From: an uncultured delta proteobacterium
Lineage (GTDB): Bacteria > Myxococcota_A > Polyangia > Palsa-1104
DNA: 64,000 nt
Assembly: GCA_963785725.1 (NCBI GenBank)
Contig: CAWAWS010000007.1
Coordinates: forward strand, 448,001 to 512,000
Direction: 5' to 3'
Shown: positions 51,629 through 61,891 of the stretch, piece after piece
How positions within the stretch are numbered: position 1 is the stretch's first letter
Layout: every line of letters begins with the position of its first letter
Translations under genes and position numbers: made by a program
The notes under the pieces: generated by a model
Seen by the model: the letters and a program-made list of their open reading frames with translations, nothing else
Databases searched by the model: none
Told to the model about the DNA's origin: nothing

Positions 51629-52072
51629 CTAGGAGTTGCCGACGGTCTGCCCGTCGTCGTCGTCGTTCAAGTACGCGAAGGTGCGGACCATGCGCATGAC
51701 CAATTCGCGCTGCGTCTGCGTCAAGTCGATGAATTGGATGCCCATTCCCGGCTGTCGCGCCGGCTCGTTGGGGCGGAACGGGTTGATCCAGATGACCTCG
51801 CCCTCGACCTCGATCATGTGACCGCCGAGCTCCGGCGGCACGCGGAAGCAGAGGTTGAGCTTGGTGCCTTCGGGATCGGGATTGTTGGTGCGGACGAAGA
51901 TTCCCATCGCGCTGATATCGGTGATGTACGCGAACAGGAAGGTGTCGTCGGCCCGATAGTCGACCTCGATGTCGACCAGCACCCGCTCGTGGATACGGCG
52001 GTCGGCACCGGTACGAGTGTCCGTCGACACGGGAGTCAAGGTACGTCGTCGGTCGCGCACGCGCTTCGGCAT
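51629..52072 (-). CDS. PilZ domain protein (Myxococcus TIGR02266-like)
   Basis: DRRIHER, DISAMGIFV, GEVIW, PGMGIQF. Confidence 0.9.
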   Translation of the reverse strand: MPKRVRDRRRTLTPVSTDTRTGADRRIHERVLVDIEVDYRADDTFLFAYITDISAMGIFVRTNNPDPEGTKLNLCFRVPPELGGHMIEVEGEVIWINPFRPNEPARQPGMGIQFIDLTQTQRELVMRMVRTFAYLNDDDDGQTVGNS

Positions 52073-52169
52073 CGCCTCCACCCCGGCCCTCACTCGCGGC
52101 ATACCGCGTCCCGAGGCTCCGAGACAAGCAAAAAGCGAATTCCCGTCGAGGGTTAGCGCGGCGGGTGCG

Positions 52170-54291
52170 TTACCGCACGGTCAGCGTGCCCAGCTTTGCG
52201 CGGTTATCCCCGTCGCTGGGACCCGCTAGCACCTTCATGCGCTCGGCGCCTTGATAGAGGCCGATGAAGATGTTGTAGAAGCCGGAGTTCTCGGTGCCGC
52301 GGTCGGGACGAATCATGTGCTCGTCGGTGATGAAGAAGCCGGGCACCCAATAGTTCGTCGCGAAACGGCCCTCGAGCGGCGCGTGATCGCCGTTGATGCG
52401 CGTGCCGGCGCCGTCGATATGCGCGAAGACTTTGTAGTTGCCGGTGATGGGCGCGAGCACCTTGAAATAGAGCCGGAACTTGATGTCTTGGCCCTTCTCG
52501 ACGACGGCGGGCGCGTCCCAGCCGATGAGCTCGATCTTGTGATCGAAGTCGATGCTGACAGGATGGGCCGGCGTCGGTGCCTTGTCGGACACGTAGAGCT
52601 TGAGCGGGTTGAGATCGTGCTCGTTCGGGCCGAGACGATTCGACAGCGTCAGATAGCGCGAGCTCGAGTCGTCGACGACGTAGTAGCCGAGCGACTTCTG
52701 CTTGGCGTGCTGATCGAATCGACGGCAGCTCGTCGACGCCGGCCATGACGAACACGCGCTCGGGCTTGCCGAGGAAGCGGAAGAGATCGTCGAGCGTCGG
52801 CAGGTTCGTCGGCGCTTTGCCGTTGCTGTAGTAGGCCGAGCCGGTGGCGTTGAAGCGGTATTGACCGAGCGGCGCGTTGGGATCGAGCGCCTTCGTCTTG
52901 CCGTACAAGTCGCGCGACGACAGGTGCTTCGACACGTGCGGAACGATGTAGTGCGCCGTGCCGAGCGCGAGCACGAGCGATGCGCCGAGCGCGCCGGCGA
53001 CGAGGATGAAGCGACCGCGCAGCCGCGCCTCGACCGGCGACGACGCGCGCGCCAAGGGAACGCCGATGGCGAGGCCGATGACGCCGGCGAAGAAGCAGGC
53101 GAAGCCGACGATGACGTAGGGAATCGCCGTCAGCGGCCCGGGCCAGCGGATCGTCTCCAGCATGTGCACGCCCACGTACTGCTCGGGGAACACGAAGAAG
53201 TCGCGTCCGATGATGATCGCGCCCAGCGCCGCCGTCAGCGCAGCGAACGGCTGCGCGTCGGGCACATCGAGCAGGTCATCGAGCCAGGCGCCGACGAGCA
53301 GCAGCGCCGCCGGCGCCGCCGGCACCAGCAGCTCTTGCGCGCCCGCGGCCTGCAGCGTCGCCGCGATGTAGAGCATGACGAACCAGGCGACGAGCACGAG
53401 CCGCCCGAACTGGTCGCGCTCGCCGGGCTCGGCGTCGGTCGTCGTCGACTGCAGCGCGTGGATGCCCGCCATCGGCAAGAGCGCGATCCACGGGAACAGC
53501 CCGAAGCCGAGCTGCTTCAATGGGTTCGTGAAGACGACGGTGCTGAGGAACGGATGCGGCGTGCCGCCGAGCAGCGCCGAGTAGCCGGCCGGATGCGCCC
53601 AGGCCAAGCCGTCCCACGCGAACAGCGCCAGCGCGACGACTGCGAGGGCGTAGCCGACGCGACGACGCGCGCCCGGCGCGCCCAAGACGAGCGCAGCCGC
53701 GACGGCGGCGAGCGGCGCGACGATGCCGACGAGCAGGCCGGCCGACAGCTGTCCGAGGACGAGCCCGACCGACGCGATGATGGCGTCGCCAATCGGCCGC
53801 GACGACGACGCGCCCGCGAGCGGCCACAGCGCGCGCGCCAAGCCGCCGACGGCGAGCGCGGTGGCGAGGATGAGCGGCGCGTTCGTCGTCAGCTGGCGCG
53901 CGCCGAGCAGGAACGCCGGGGTGGTCGCCAAGATGAAGCTGCCGAGCAGCGCGCCGCGACGACGAATGAGCCCGCCGCCGGCGTAGAAGCAGGCGAGCAC
54001 GGCCAACAGCGCGACGAGCGCGATCGGCAGTCGCCCGCCGAATTCGCCGGTGCCGACCGCGCGAAAGCCGCTCGCAGCCAGCGCGACGGCAATCGCCGGA
54101 CGGCCCAGCTGCGTCGCCGCTTGGGCCAACGGCGCGCCGTTGGCGTGCGCGCGGGCCGCGTCGGCGATGCGGATTTCGTACGGATCCCAAAAGCCGTAAG
54201 AGCCCAGCCCGGGGACGAAAAGCGCCAGCGCCAGCGCCGCGAGCAGGGCGTAGGTGGCCGGCAGCGAAGGCGTACGCGCGGTCTCGTTCAC
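52170..54291 (-). CDS. ArnT/PMT-family (GT-C) membrane glycosyltransferase (indel near 52720)
   Basis: GLGSYGFWDPYE, EFGGRLP, many TM helices, GLFPW; periplasmic C-terminal domain in the second frame (KVFAHID, NGDH.P). Confidence 0.8.
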
Positions 54292-55268
54292 TTCGCTTGC
54301 ATATCCGACGACGAGGGCGATTGCAATGGCGGGCGGCGCGCGACACAGGAGTCACCCGGCTCCAGCCACGCGATCTTGTCCTCGATCCGCCTCGCCGCGG
54401 CCAGCGAATTCAGCCACACCAGCGGCTCGGCCGGCGGCTCGTAGCCGAGCGCGAACGCGCCGTGGTGGATCGGCAGCATCAGCTGCGCGCCCAAGTCTTC
54501 GAGCGCATAGAGCGCGTCGAGCGGCGACAGATGATCGCGCCGGAGCGCCAGCGGACGATAGCCGCTGATCGGCAGCAGCGCCACGTCGGGACGAAAGCGC
54601 GCGCCGACCTCGAGGAAGCCGTCGAAGTAGCCGGTGTCGCCGGCGAAGTAGACGGTCGGGCCGTCGCCGCGCACGACGTAACCGAAGGCGCGCCCACCGC
54701 CGAACAGGCCGACGCGATGCTGCGCCGGCACCGCCGTGACCTCGAGCCCGGCGACGCGCGTGACGTCGCCGGCGCGCACTTCGACGATGTTGCCGAAGCC
54801 GAGCGCCGCCAGCGACTTCGCCGGTCCGCCCGCCGGCAGCAGCAGCGTCGCCGAGCGATCGATGCGCTCGAGCGACGGCCGATGCAGATGATCGGCGTGC
54901 GCATGCGACAATAGGACGCAGTCGACGCCTTCGAGCGCGCCCGGCGGCAGCTGCGCCGGCCGTAAACGCTTGAGCGAGTAGAGCGAGCGCGCCAGACAGG
55001 GATCGGTCACGACGCGCGCGTGCGCATAGCGAATGACCGTCGTCGCGTGGCCGATGAACGTCAGCGCGCACTCGTTGGCCGCCGGCAGCGGAATCGGCGG
55101 CGGCGGCTTGCGCGGCAACAGCGGCGGTCCGCCCATGGCCGGCGGCATGCGCGCGCGCAGCCACTGCAGAAGCCAGCTCGGCACGCCCGAATGCGCCACG
55201 CGCCGCCGGTGCGCGTCGTCGAGCTCGCGGACGCGCGCGCGAAAGTCGGCGGCGACGGCGGTGGACAT
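54288..55268 (-). CDS. MBL-fold hydrolase (RomA/NAPE-PLD-like)
   Basis: FIGHAT, TDP, SHAHADHL, PAQH, YFAGDTGY, LLPI, PIHHG. Confidence 0.88.
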   Translation of the reverse strand: MSTAVAADFRARVRELDDAHRRRVAHSGVPSWLLQWLRARMPPAMGGPPLLPRKPPPPIPLPAANECALTFIGHATTVIRYAHARVVTDPCLARSLYSLKRLRPAQLPPGALEGVDCVLLSHAHADHLHRPSLERIDRSATLLLPAGGPAKSLAALGFGNIVEVRAGDVTRVAGLEVTAVPAQHRVGLFGGGRAFGYVVRGDGPTVYFAGDTGYFDGFLEVGARFRPDVALLPISGYRPLALRRDHLSPLDALYALEDLGAQLMLPIHHGAFALGYEPPAEPLVWLNSLAAARRIEDKIAWLEPGDSCVARRPPLQSPSSSDMQAK

Positions 55269-55372
55269 CGACGGCGGCGGACGCAGCGGCACCGGGGGAC
55301 TTTGCCTGCGCCGCGTCGTCACTGCAAATACCTCTTTTGATCTCGACCCCTCGTTCGTGTTATCGACCCTCG

Positions 55373-56677
55373 ATGCCCACGGAGTCAGCGGCCAGCCGCG
55401 TCGTCATCCTCGGCGGTGGCCTGACCGGCATTTCGGCGGCCTACCACCTGCGTCGCCCGTGGCTGCTCTTGGAGAAAGAGGCGCGCCTCGGCGGTCACGC
55501 GCGCACCGACCAGACGCAAGGCTTCCACTTCGACAAGACCGGCCACTGGCTGCATCTGCGCGATCCCTATACGAAGCAGCTGGTGCAAGAGCTGTTGCCG
55601 GGCGAGCTCGTGCCGGTCGCGCGGAAGGCCCGCATTTTCTCGAACGGCGTGCTGACGCGCTTCCCGTTCCAGGCGAATCTCTACGGTTTACCGCCGGCGG
55701 TCGTGTCCGAGTGTCTGCTCGAGTTCATTCGCGCCGCCAACAATCCGAAGTCCAAAGAGCCGCCGCGTAACTTCGAAGACTTCTGCTTGAAGCAGTTCGG
55801 CGAAGGCATCTCGCGCCACTTCATGATTCCGTACAACCAGAAGCTGTGGGGCGTGCATCCGCGCGAGATCACGGCGGAGTGGTGCTCGCGCTTCGTCCCC
55901 ATTCCGAAGCTCGAGGACGTCGTGCGCGGCGCGGTCGGCGACGTGCCGCCCGAGCTCGGTTACAACGTCTCGTTTTTGTACCCGCGCACGGGCGGGATCG
56001 AGACGCTGACGCGCGCCTTCGTGGCGCGCATGACCGGCGGCGACGTGCATTTGTCGACGCCCATCGACGAAATCAACCTGAAGACGCGCACCGTCAAATA
56101 CGGCGACGAGACGGTCCCTTATCACGCGGTCATCGCGAGCATTCCGCTGCCGGAGCTGGTGGCGCGGGTGGTCGATTGTCCGCGGCATATCGAAGAGGCG
56201 GCCGCGAAACTTCGGTGTACCCCCGTTCGTTATCTAAACGTGGCCACCAAGTCGTCGCCCAACGCCGATTTTCATTGGATCTACGTCCCCGAAGAGAAAT
56301 ATCCGTTTTATCGCGTCGGGATTTATACGAATGCCGTGCCGGCGATGGCGCCGCCCGGTCGCGGCTCGCTTTATGTCGAGCTGTCCGATCGCGGGCCGAT
56401 GCCGCGCGTCGACGACATCATGCCCGACGTCGCGCAGGCGTTGGCCGCGGCCGGCGCCATCAACTCCGCCGACGACGTCCTGTTCGCGGAACTCAAAGAG
56501 CTGAAATACGCCTACGTCGTGTTCGACGATAATTATTATTCGGCAGTCGATACCATCATCAAATATTTCGAATCGAATGATGTTTTCCCGCGCGGACGAT
56601 ACGGCTCCTGGATTTACAACGCCATGGAGGACTCGATATTGGCCGGTCGCGAAATAGCGCTGAGGCTCAATTCGTGA
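55373..56677 (+). CDS. FAD-dependent oxidoreductase (UDP-galactopyranose-mutase/PPO-like)
   Basis: ILGGGLTG..LEK..GG, FDKTGH, PYNQKLW, F.YP..GGI, GRYGSW.Y. Confidence 0.85.
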   Translation: MPTESAASRVVILGGGLTGISAAYHLRRPWLLLEKEARLGGHARTDQTQGFHFDKTGHWLHLRDPYTKQLVQELLPGELVPVARKARIFSNGVLTRFPFQANLYGLPPAVVSECLLEFIRAANNPKSKEPPRNFEDFCLKQFGEGISRHFMIPYNQKLWGVHPREITAEWCSRFVPIPKLEDVVRGAVGDVPPELGYNVSFLYPRTGGIETLTRAFVARMTGGDVHLSTPIDEINLKTRTVKYGDETVPYHAVIASIPLPELVARVVDCPRHIEEAAAKLRCTPVRYLNVATKSSPNADFHWIYVPEEKYPFYRVGIYTNAVPAMAPPGRGSLYVELSDRGPMPRVDDIMPDVAQALAAAGAINSADDVLFAELKELKYAYVVFDDNYYSAVDTIIKYFESNDVFPRGRYGSWIYNAMEDSILAGREIALRLNS

Positions 56678-57381
56678 ATCCGAATATCTCGATCGTCATT
56701 CCCGTTTATAACGAAGAAGGAATCCTGCACTCGTCGGTGGTCGATTTGCTGACCAGCCTCGACGAATTGAAGTGGGATTACGAGATCCTCTTGGCCGAGA
56801 ACGGCTCGAGCGATCGCACCGTCGCCATCGGCGAAGAGTTGTCGCGCAAATATCCGCGCGTGCAGATTCATTCGTTGGGCCAGCCCAACTATGGTCGCGC
56901 GTTGAAAGAGGGTATTTTGCGCGCCAAAGGCAAGTTCGTCATTTGCGACGAGATCGACCTTTGCGATACCGAGTTTCATCAGCGCGCATTGGCGATCTTG
57001 GAGGCCGATCGCGCCGATATGGTCGTCGGCTCGAAAGTGATGGAAGGCGCCGAAGATCGTCGCGGAATGCTGCGTCACGGCGCCACGTTGATCATCAACG
57101 GCATGCTGCGCGTGCTCGTCGGTTTTCACGGCACCGATACGCACGGATTGAAGGCATTTCGCCGCGATCGATTGCAATCGACGGTCGATAAATGCCTTTT
57201 GGAGCGCGATCTATTCGCGTCGGAATTGGTCATTCGCGCCGAGCGTGACGGCAAGCGCGTGCAGGAAATCCCGATCCACATCGTCGAGAAGCGGCCGCCG
57301 TCGATTAACTTGTTCAAGCGCGTGCCTAAAGTTTTGCGCGACATTACGCGGCTGACCTATATCATCCGCGTCAAAGGCTAG
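56674..57381 (+). CDS. GT2 glycosyltransferase (polyprenyl-phosphate sugar synthase-like)
   Basis: SIVIPVYNE, ENGSSD, YGRAL, VVGS, DTHGLKAF. Confidence 0.9.
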   Translation: MNPNISIVIPVYNEEGILHSSVVDLLTSLDELKWDYEILLAENGSSDRTVAIGEELSRKYPRVQIHSLGQPNYGRALKEGILRAKGKFVICDEIDLCDTEFHQRALAILEADRADMVVGSKVMEGAEDRRGMLRHGATLIINGMLRVLVGFHGTDTHGLKAFRRDRLQSTVDKCLLERDLFASELVIRAERDGKRVQEIPIHIVEKRPPSINLFKRVPKVLRDITRLTYIIRVKG

Positions 57382-57540
57382 GGGGCGTCCCTAATTCCCG
57401 GACCGAGTCGAACCGCCGCGAGGAGCCCGAAATGCTAGGAACGATGAGGGAGCTGGCCCGTAGGCCAGCGACCGAAGAGTGACGACGCAGTTCGGGCCCG
57501 CAGCAGGTTCGCCGACGGGAGGGAATTAGGGACGCCCCCT
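57380..57540. mobile_element. MITE-like element with perfect 20-bp terminal inverted repeats
   Basis: AGGGGGCGTCCCTAATTCCC (57380-57399) and GGGAATTAGGGACGCCCCCT (57521-57540); nested internal stems; no transposase. Confidence 0.75.
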
Positions 57541-57557
57541 CTAAAGGAGACGCCACA

Positions 57558-58142
57558 ATGAACACGAATAAGCTCGGTGCATTCGGGTTGGCGCTTTTGC
57601 TGGTGGGTGCGGGTGGTGCGGCGTTCGCGCAGAAGACGACGGGCGCCGACAAGAAGGAGAACAAGACCGAGCTCGGCTTGAAGGGCAAGAAGGTCGCCAA
57701 GTCCGACGTCGCGGCCAAGAGCGGCTCGAAGCTCAAGGGCGACGTCACCTTCTCCGACGACGGCAAGGGCGGAATCGTGTTCCGCATCGAGGTCAAAGAC
57801 GCGCCGCCGGGATTGCACGCCGTGCACATCCACGAGAAGGGCGACTGCAGCTCACCCGACGGCAAGTCGGCCGGCGATCACTGGAATCCGACGCACATGG
57901 AGCACGGCAAGTGGGGCGCGCCCGCCGACCACTTCCACTTGGGCGACATCGGCAACCTCGAGGTCAAGCCCGACGGCACCGGCACGCTGACGCTGGAGAC
58001 GACCAAGTGGACGGCCGGCGGTGGCGGCGTCAACGACGTCATCGGCCACGCCGTCGTCGTGCACGGCGGCGTCGACGACTTCAAGACGCAGCCCACCGGC
58101 AACGCCGGCCCGCGCATCGGCTGCGGCGTCATCGTCAAGTAA
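57558..58142 (+). CDS. sodC: Periplasmic Cu/Zn superoxide dismutase
   Basis: HAVHIHEKGDC, SAGDHWNP, H.GDIGNL, VVVH..DD, GNAGPRIGCGVI; AAGGAG RBS. Confidence 0.93.
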   Translation: MNTNKLGAFGLALLLVGAGGAAFAQKTTGADKKENKTELGLKGKKVAKSDVAAKSGSKLKGDVTFSDDGKGGIVFRIEVKDAPPGLHAVHIHEKGDCSSPDGKSAGDHWNPTHMEHGKWGAPADHFHLGDIGNLEVKPDGTGTLTLETTKWTAGGGGVNDVIGHAVVVHGGVDDFKTQPTGNAGPRIGCGVIVK

Positions 58143-58193
58143 CACTTACGGCGGCGCGGCTCTCGGTTCGCGCTGTGCTATCGTAACGCCCGC

Positions 58194-59153
58194 TTGCGCA
58201 CCTGCTCCGTCAGCATCGACCTCGATCCCCTGAGCTGCTACTACGGCATCCACGGCCTGGGCGCGCCGCCGCGCGAGCTCGCCAACGTCGTCTTGCGCCG
58301 CGCGCTGCCGCGTTTCGCCGAGCTGTTCGCGCGCCGCAAGATCCACGCGACCTTTTTCGTCGTCGGCAGCGACGCCGCCAACGACGCCGCGGGCGCGAAA
58401 ATGCTCGGCCAATTGGCGCGCGACGGCCACGAGCTCGGCAATCACAGCCATACGCATCCGTACGATTTGGCGCGGCTGCATCGCGCGCAGATCGACGAGG
58501 AAGTCGGCAACGCGCACGAGGTCATCGGCCACATCGCCGGCAAAGCGCCGACCGGTTTTCGCGCGCCCGGCTACGATCTGTCGGCGAAGGTGCTGCAGGT
58601 CTTGGAGGCGCGCGGCTATCGCTACGACTCGTCGGTGTTTCCGTCGTGGCCGTATTACGTGGCGAAGGCGGGCGTCATGACGCTGATGTCGCTCGTCGGC
58701 CGCCGCTCGCGCTCGGTGCTCGGCGATCCGCGCGCGTTGGTAGCGCCGGTCGAGCCGTATCGGCCGGGCAATTCGCCGTTTTCGCGCGGCCAGTCGTCGC
58801 TCGTCGAGCTGCCGGTGTCGGTGACGCCCGGCCTGCGCTTGCCGGCGATCGGAAGCTGGGCGCCGTACGTCTCGCTGCTGCTGGCGCCGACGGCGGTGCG
58901 CGCGCGAATCCTGGAGTCGATGCGCGCGCGTCGCTTCTTCAACCTCGAGCTGCACGGCATCGATCTCATCGGCGCCGACGAGGACGGAATCCCGGCGCAG
59001 CTCGTCGCCAAGCAGCCCGATTTGCGCGCGTCGCTGACGCAGAAACAGCGCGCGCTCGAAGCCACGCTCGATCGCCTCGCGCTCGACGATTACCGCTTTC
59101 TGCCGCTCGCCGACGTCGCCGCCGAGGTCCAGCGCGAAGGCGTCGTCGGCTAG
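58194..59153 (+). CDS. Polysaccharide deacetylase family protein
   Basis: SIDLD, ATFFVVG, GHELGNHSHTH, GFRAPG, YDSS. Confidence 0.88.
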   Translation: MRTCSVSIDLDPLSCYYGIHGLGAPPRELANVVLRRALPRFAELFARRKIHATFFVVGSDAANDAAGAKMLGQLARDGHELGNHSHTHPYDLARLHRAQIDEEVGNAHEVIGHIAGKAPTGFRAPGYDLSAKVLQVLEARGYRYDSSVFPSWPYYVAKAGVMTLMSLVGRRSRSVLGDPRALVAPVEPYRPGNSPFSRGQSSLVELPVSVTPGLRLPAIGSWAPYVSLLLAPTAVRARILESMRARRFFNLELHGIDLIGADEDGIPAQLVAKQPDLRASLTQKQRALEATLDRLALDDYRFLPLADVAAEVQREGVVG

Positions 59154-59162
59154 GCGACGCGG

Positions 59163-60062
59163 ATGCCCGAGCTTCCCGAGGTCGAAGTCGCGCGCCGCAA
59201 TTTGGAGAAGTGGCTGCGCAAGCAGAAGCTGACGCATGTCGAGCTCTCGCCGCGCGTGTTCGAAGGCAACGCGCCGGCGTTCGCCAAGCAGCTCGTCGCG
59301 CATACGGTCGAGAAGGTCGAGCGGCGCGGCAAATGGCTGCGTCTGCAGTGCGATCACGGGCTCGTGCTGTTCTCGCATTTGGGCATGACGGGAAAGTGGG
59401 TGCTGCGCAAGCACGACGATCCGCCGCAGCCGTACGAACGCGCGCGGCTCGACAGCGCGCGGCGCTCGGTGCGCTATGTCGACCCGCGGCTGTTCGGCAC
59501 GCTCGTCGGCATGCGCGGCGACGACGCGCCGAACGCGTGGCGCGCGCTCGGACCCGACGCGCTCGTCGACGGCGTCGATGCCGCGCAGCTGCAAGCGAAG
59601 CTGGCCAGGCGCAAGAAGAGCATCAAAGAGGCGCTGCTCGATCAGACGGTGTTGGCGGGTGTCGGCAATATTCAGGCGGCGGAGGCATTGTGGCGCGCCA
59701 AGATCCATCCCGAGCGGCCGGCCGACTCGCTGACGAAGGCGGAGGTCGGCGCGCTCGCCGACGGCATCGTGGGCTCGATTCGCGACACGTTGGCGCGCGA
59801 AGACGGGCCGGAAATTACCTATGTCGAAGAGGCGGGCGCGGACAATCCGTTCGATGTCTACGGCAAGCAGGGCGAGGCGTGTCCGCGCTGTGGAACGACG
59901 CTCGTGCGCATCGTGCAGGGCGGTCGGTCGACGGTGTATTGTCCGACGTGCCAGAAGCTGAAGGCGGCGGTGCGCTCGGAGGAGACGTCGCGGCCGAAGG
60001 CGCCGCTCAGGTCGAATGGGGCGCGCGGGGCGAAGTTGGCGCGGAAGTCTCGCAAAGCGTAG
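59163..60062 (+). CDS. mutM: Formamidopyrimidine-DNA glycosylase (Fpg/Nei)
   Basis: MPELPEVE, RRGK, HLGMTG, DPRLFG, GVGNI, CPRC..CPTCQ zinc finger. Confidence 0.95.
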   Translation: MPELPEVEVARRNLEKWLRKQKLTHVELSPRVFEGNAPAFAKQLVAHTVEKVERRGKWLRLQCDHGLVLFSHLGMTGKWVLRKHDDPPQPYERARLDSARRSVRYVDPRLFGTLVGMRGDDAPNAWRALGPDALVDGVDAAQLQAKLARRKKSIKEALLDQTVLAGVGNIQAAEALWRAKIHPERPADSLTKAEVGALADGIVGSIRDTLAREDGPEITYVEEAGADNPFDVYGKQGEACPRCGTTLVRIVQGGRSTVYCPTCQKLKAAVRSEETSRPKAPLRSNGARGAKLARKSRKA

Positions 60063-60063
60063 C

Positions 60064-60152
60064 CGGCGACGATCGATTCCGGAGGATGGTGGGCTCGGCG
60101 TAATTTCCCCCATCCGCCCTCCCTTTATCGCCATTTTCGAAAAGAAGTTGCG
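60064..60152. repeat. Dispersed intergenic element, copy 2
   Basis: Shares the 31-nt core and downstream motifs with 13998-14088; GGAGGATGG can pair with CCATCC..CCTCC. Confidence 0.8.
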
Positions 60153-60156
60153 CGGC

Positions 60157-61083
60157 TCAGCTCGCTGCCACCGCCGCCGCCCGTCGCCGCGGCACTTCGC
60201 TGGCGGCCACGGCGAGCATGATGAGGCACGCGCCCGCGACGCCGCGTCCATTCGGCCACTCCGCCGATCCGGCGACCCCGACCGCGATCGCCGTCGCAAA
60301 CACCGGCTCGAGCGCAAACACGATCGCCGCATGCGTCGCGCTCATGCGCGCCATCGCCCACGTCTGCAGCGCGAACGTGACCACCGTGCACGCGATCGCC
60401 ATGTACACGAGCTCGCCCACCAGCCGCGTCGACCACACGAGCGGTCGCGCCTCCAGCTGCGCGAAGTCGGGCAGCCGCTCCGTCGCCGTCGTCGCGATCA
60501 ACAGCTTCGCCGCCCCCAACGCGACGACGAACGTCAACGCCGCGAAGGCGATCTGCACCGCCGTCAGCGCGCCCGCGTCATGCCCCCGCGAGCGCCGCGC
60601 GATCTGCACGATCGTGAACGCATAGATCGTCGCGCACCCAGCGGTGTACAGATCGCCCGCGTTCCAATGGCCGCCGCCGGTCGGATACGTCAGCAGCATG
60701 AGCCCGAGCGTCGCCAGCGCGATCCCGACGAGCTGCGGCAGTGACGGCCGCGTCCGATACATCGCCAGCGCCACCAGCGGCACGAGCGGCGTATTGAGCG
60801 ACGTGATGAACGCCGACTTCGACGCCGTCGTGTGCGCCTGCCCGATCACCTGCAGAATCAGCCCCAGCGAGTTCATGACGCCGAGCACCGCGCCGTCGAC
60901 AATCAGCCGCCGATCGCGCAGCCGCCGCAGATACGGCGGCACGAACACGAGCGCCGCCAAGCCGAAACGCAGGACCAAATAGAGCAGCGGCGGAGCATCG
61001 CGAACGATGTCCTTGGTGACGATGAACGTCGATCCCCACAGAATCGTCACGCCGACGAGGACGAGCTCGGGGCGCGGCTTCAT
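60157..61083 (-). CDS. DMT/EamA family transporter
   Basis: LWGSTF, LRF, SAFIT, GD, LEPVFA; about 10 TM helices. Confidence 0.9.
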   Translation of the reverse strand: MKPRPELVLVGVTILWGSTFIVTKDIVRDAPPLLYLVLRFGLAALVFVPPYLRRLRDRRLIVDGAVLGVMNSLGLILQVIGQAHTTASKSAFITSLNTPLVPLVALAMYRTRPSLPQLVGIALATLGLMLLTYPTGGGHWNAGDLYTAGCATIYAFTIVQIARRSRGHDAGALTAVQIAFAALTFVVALGAAKLLIATTATERLPDFAQLEARPLVWSTRLVGELVYMAIACTVVTFALQTWAMARMSATHAAIVFALEPVFATAIAVGVAGSAEWPNGRGVAGACLIMLAVAASEVPRRRAAAVAAS

Positions 61084-61085
61084 CG

Positions 61086-61793
61086 TCAGGCGCGCTTGTT
61101 GACGGCCATGCGCGCCAGCTCGTCGGCGCGCTCGTTCTCGGGCACGCCGGCATGCCCCGCGACCTTGACCAGCCGAAGATCCTTGAATGGACGCGCCAGC
61201 TTACGCATACGCTCCACGATCTCTTGGTTCGCCTTCGCCTTCCAATTCTTGCCGAGGAGGCCGAGCGCGTACGACGAATCGGCGTGGATGACGACCGTTC
61301 GCTCCGCCGGCGTCTCCTCGAGGGCGCGCACAATCGCCATGAGCTCCGCGATGTTGTTGGTGCCGATGCCGAGATATTCGCTCAGCTCGCGGCGCTCTTT
61401 GCCGTCGATGATGACGACGCCGAGCCCGGCCGGGCCCGGATTTCCGGTGCACGCTCCGTCGGTATAAACGATGATGGCGTCCTTCGGCAACGGTCCGGCC
61501 GGCGCCGCCGCGGCTTTGCCGCCGGCCGATTTCCCCTTTGAACCGCTAGACTTACCCTTGGCGTCCTTGGCCTCTTTCGTCTCCGGCGCGCGCTCGCCGG
61601 CTTCGGCGGCGTCGTCGGCGATCGTCTTGGGATCGGGATCGGCGCTCAAATTTCGCGCGCCGGCGCGGTAAATCTTGCCGCCCGGCTTATAAACGATGTC
61701 GACGCGACCGTCGCTTTCGGCTACAGGCTCACCGGAAGCATCGACCCGCACGTAAACTCGCTCGCCACGGAGTAATCGTGATTGCCAGGACAC
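61086..61793 (-). CDS. rnhA: Ribonuclease HI with N-terminal extension
   Basis: YTDGACTGNPGPAG, TNNIAEL, DSSY, KVAGHAG..NERADELA. Confidence 0.93.
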   Translation of the reverse strand: MSWQSRLLRGERVYVRVDASGEPVAESDGRVDIVYKPGGKIYRAGARNLSADPDPKTIADDAAEAGERAPETKEAKDAKGKSSGSKGKSAGGKAAAAPAGPLPKDAIIVYTDGACTGNPGPAGLGVVIIDGKERRELSEYLGIGTNNIAELMAIVRALEETPAERTVVIHADSSYALGLLGKNWKAKANQEIVERMRKLARPFKDLRLVKVAGHAGVPENERADELARMAVNKRA

Positions 61794-61891
61794 GGCGGGG
61801 GAACCTATCACAGCGTCGGACCGTATTCTTCCTTGACTATGTGTAAGTCAACCTCTATAAACCCGGAATTCTATTGATGGGGGCCATCTCC

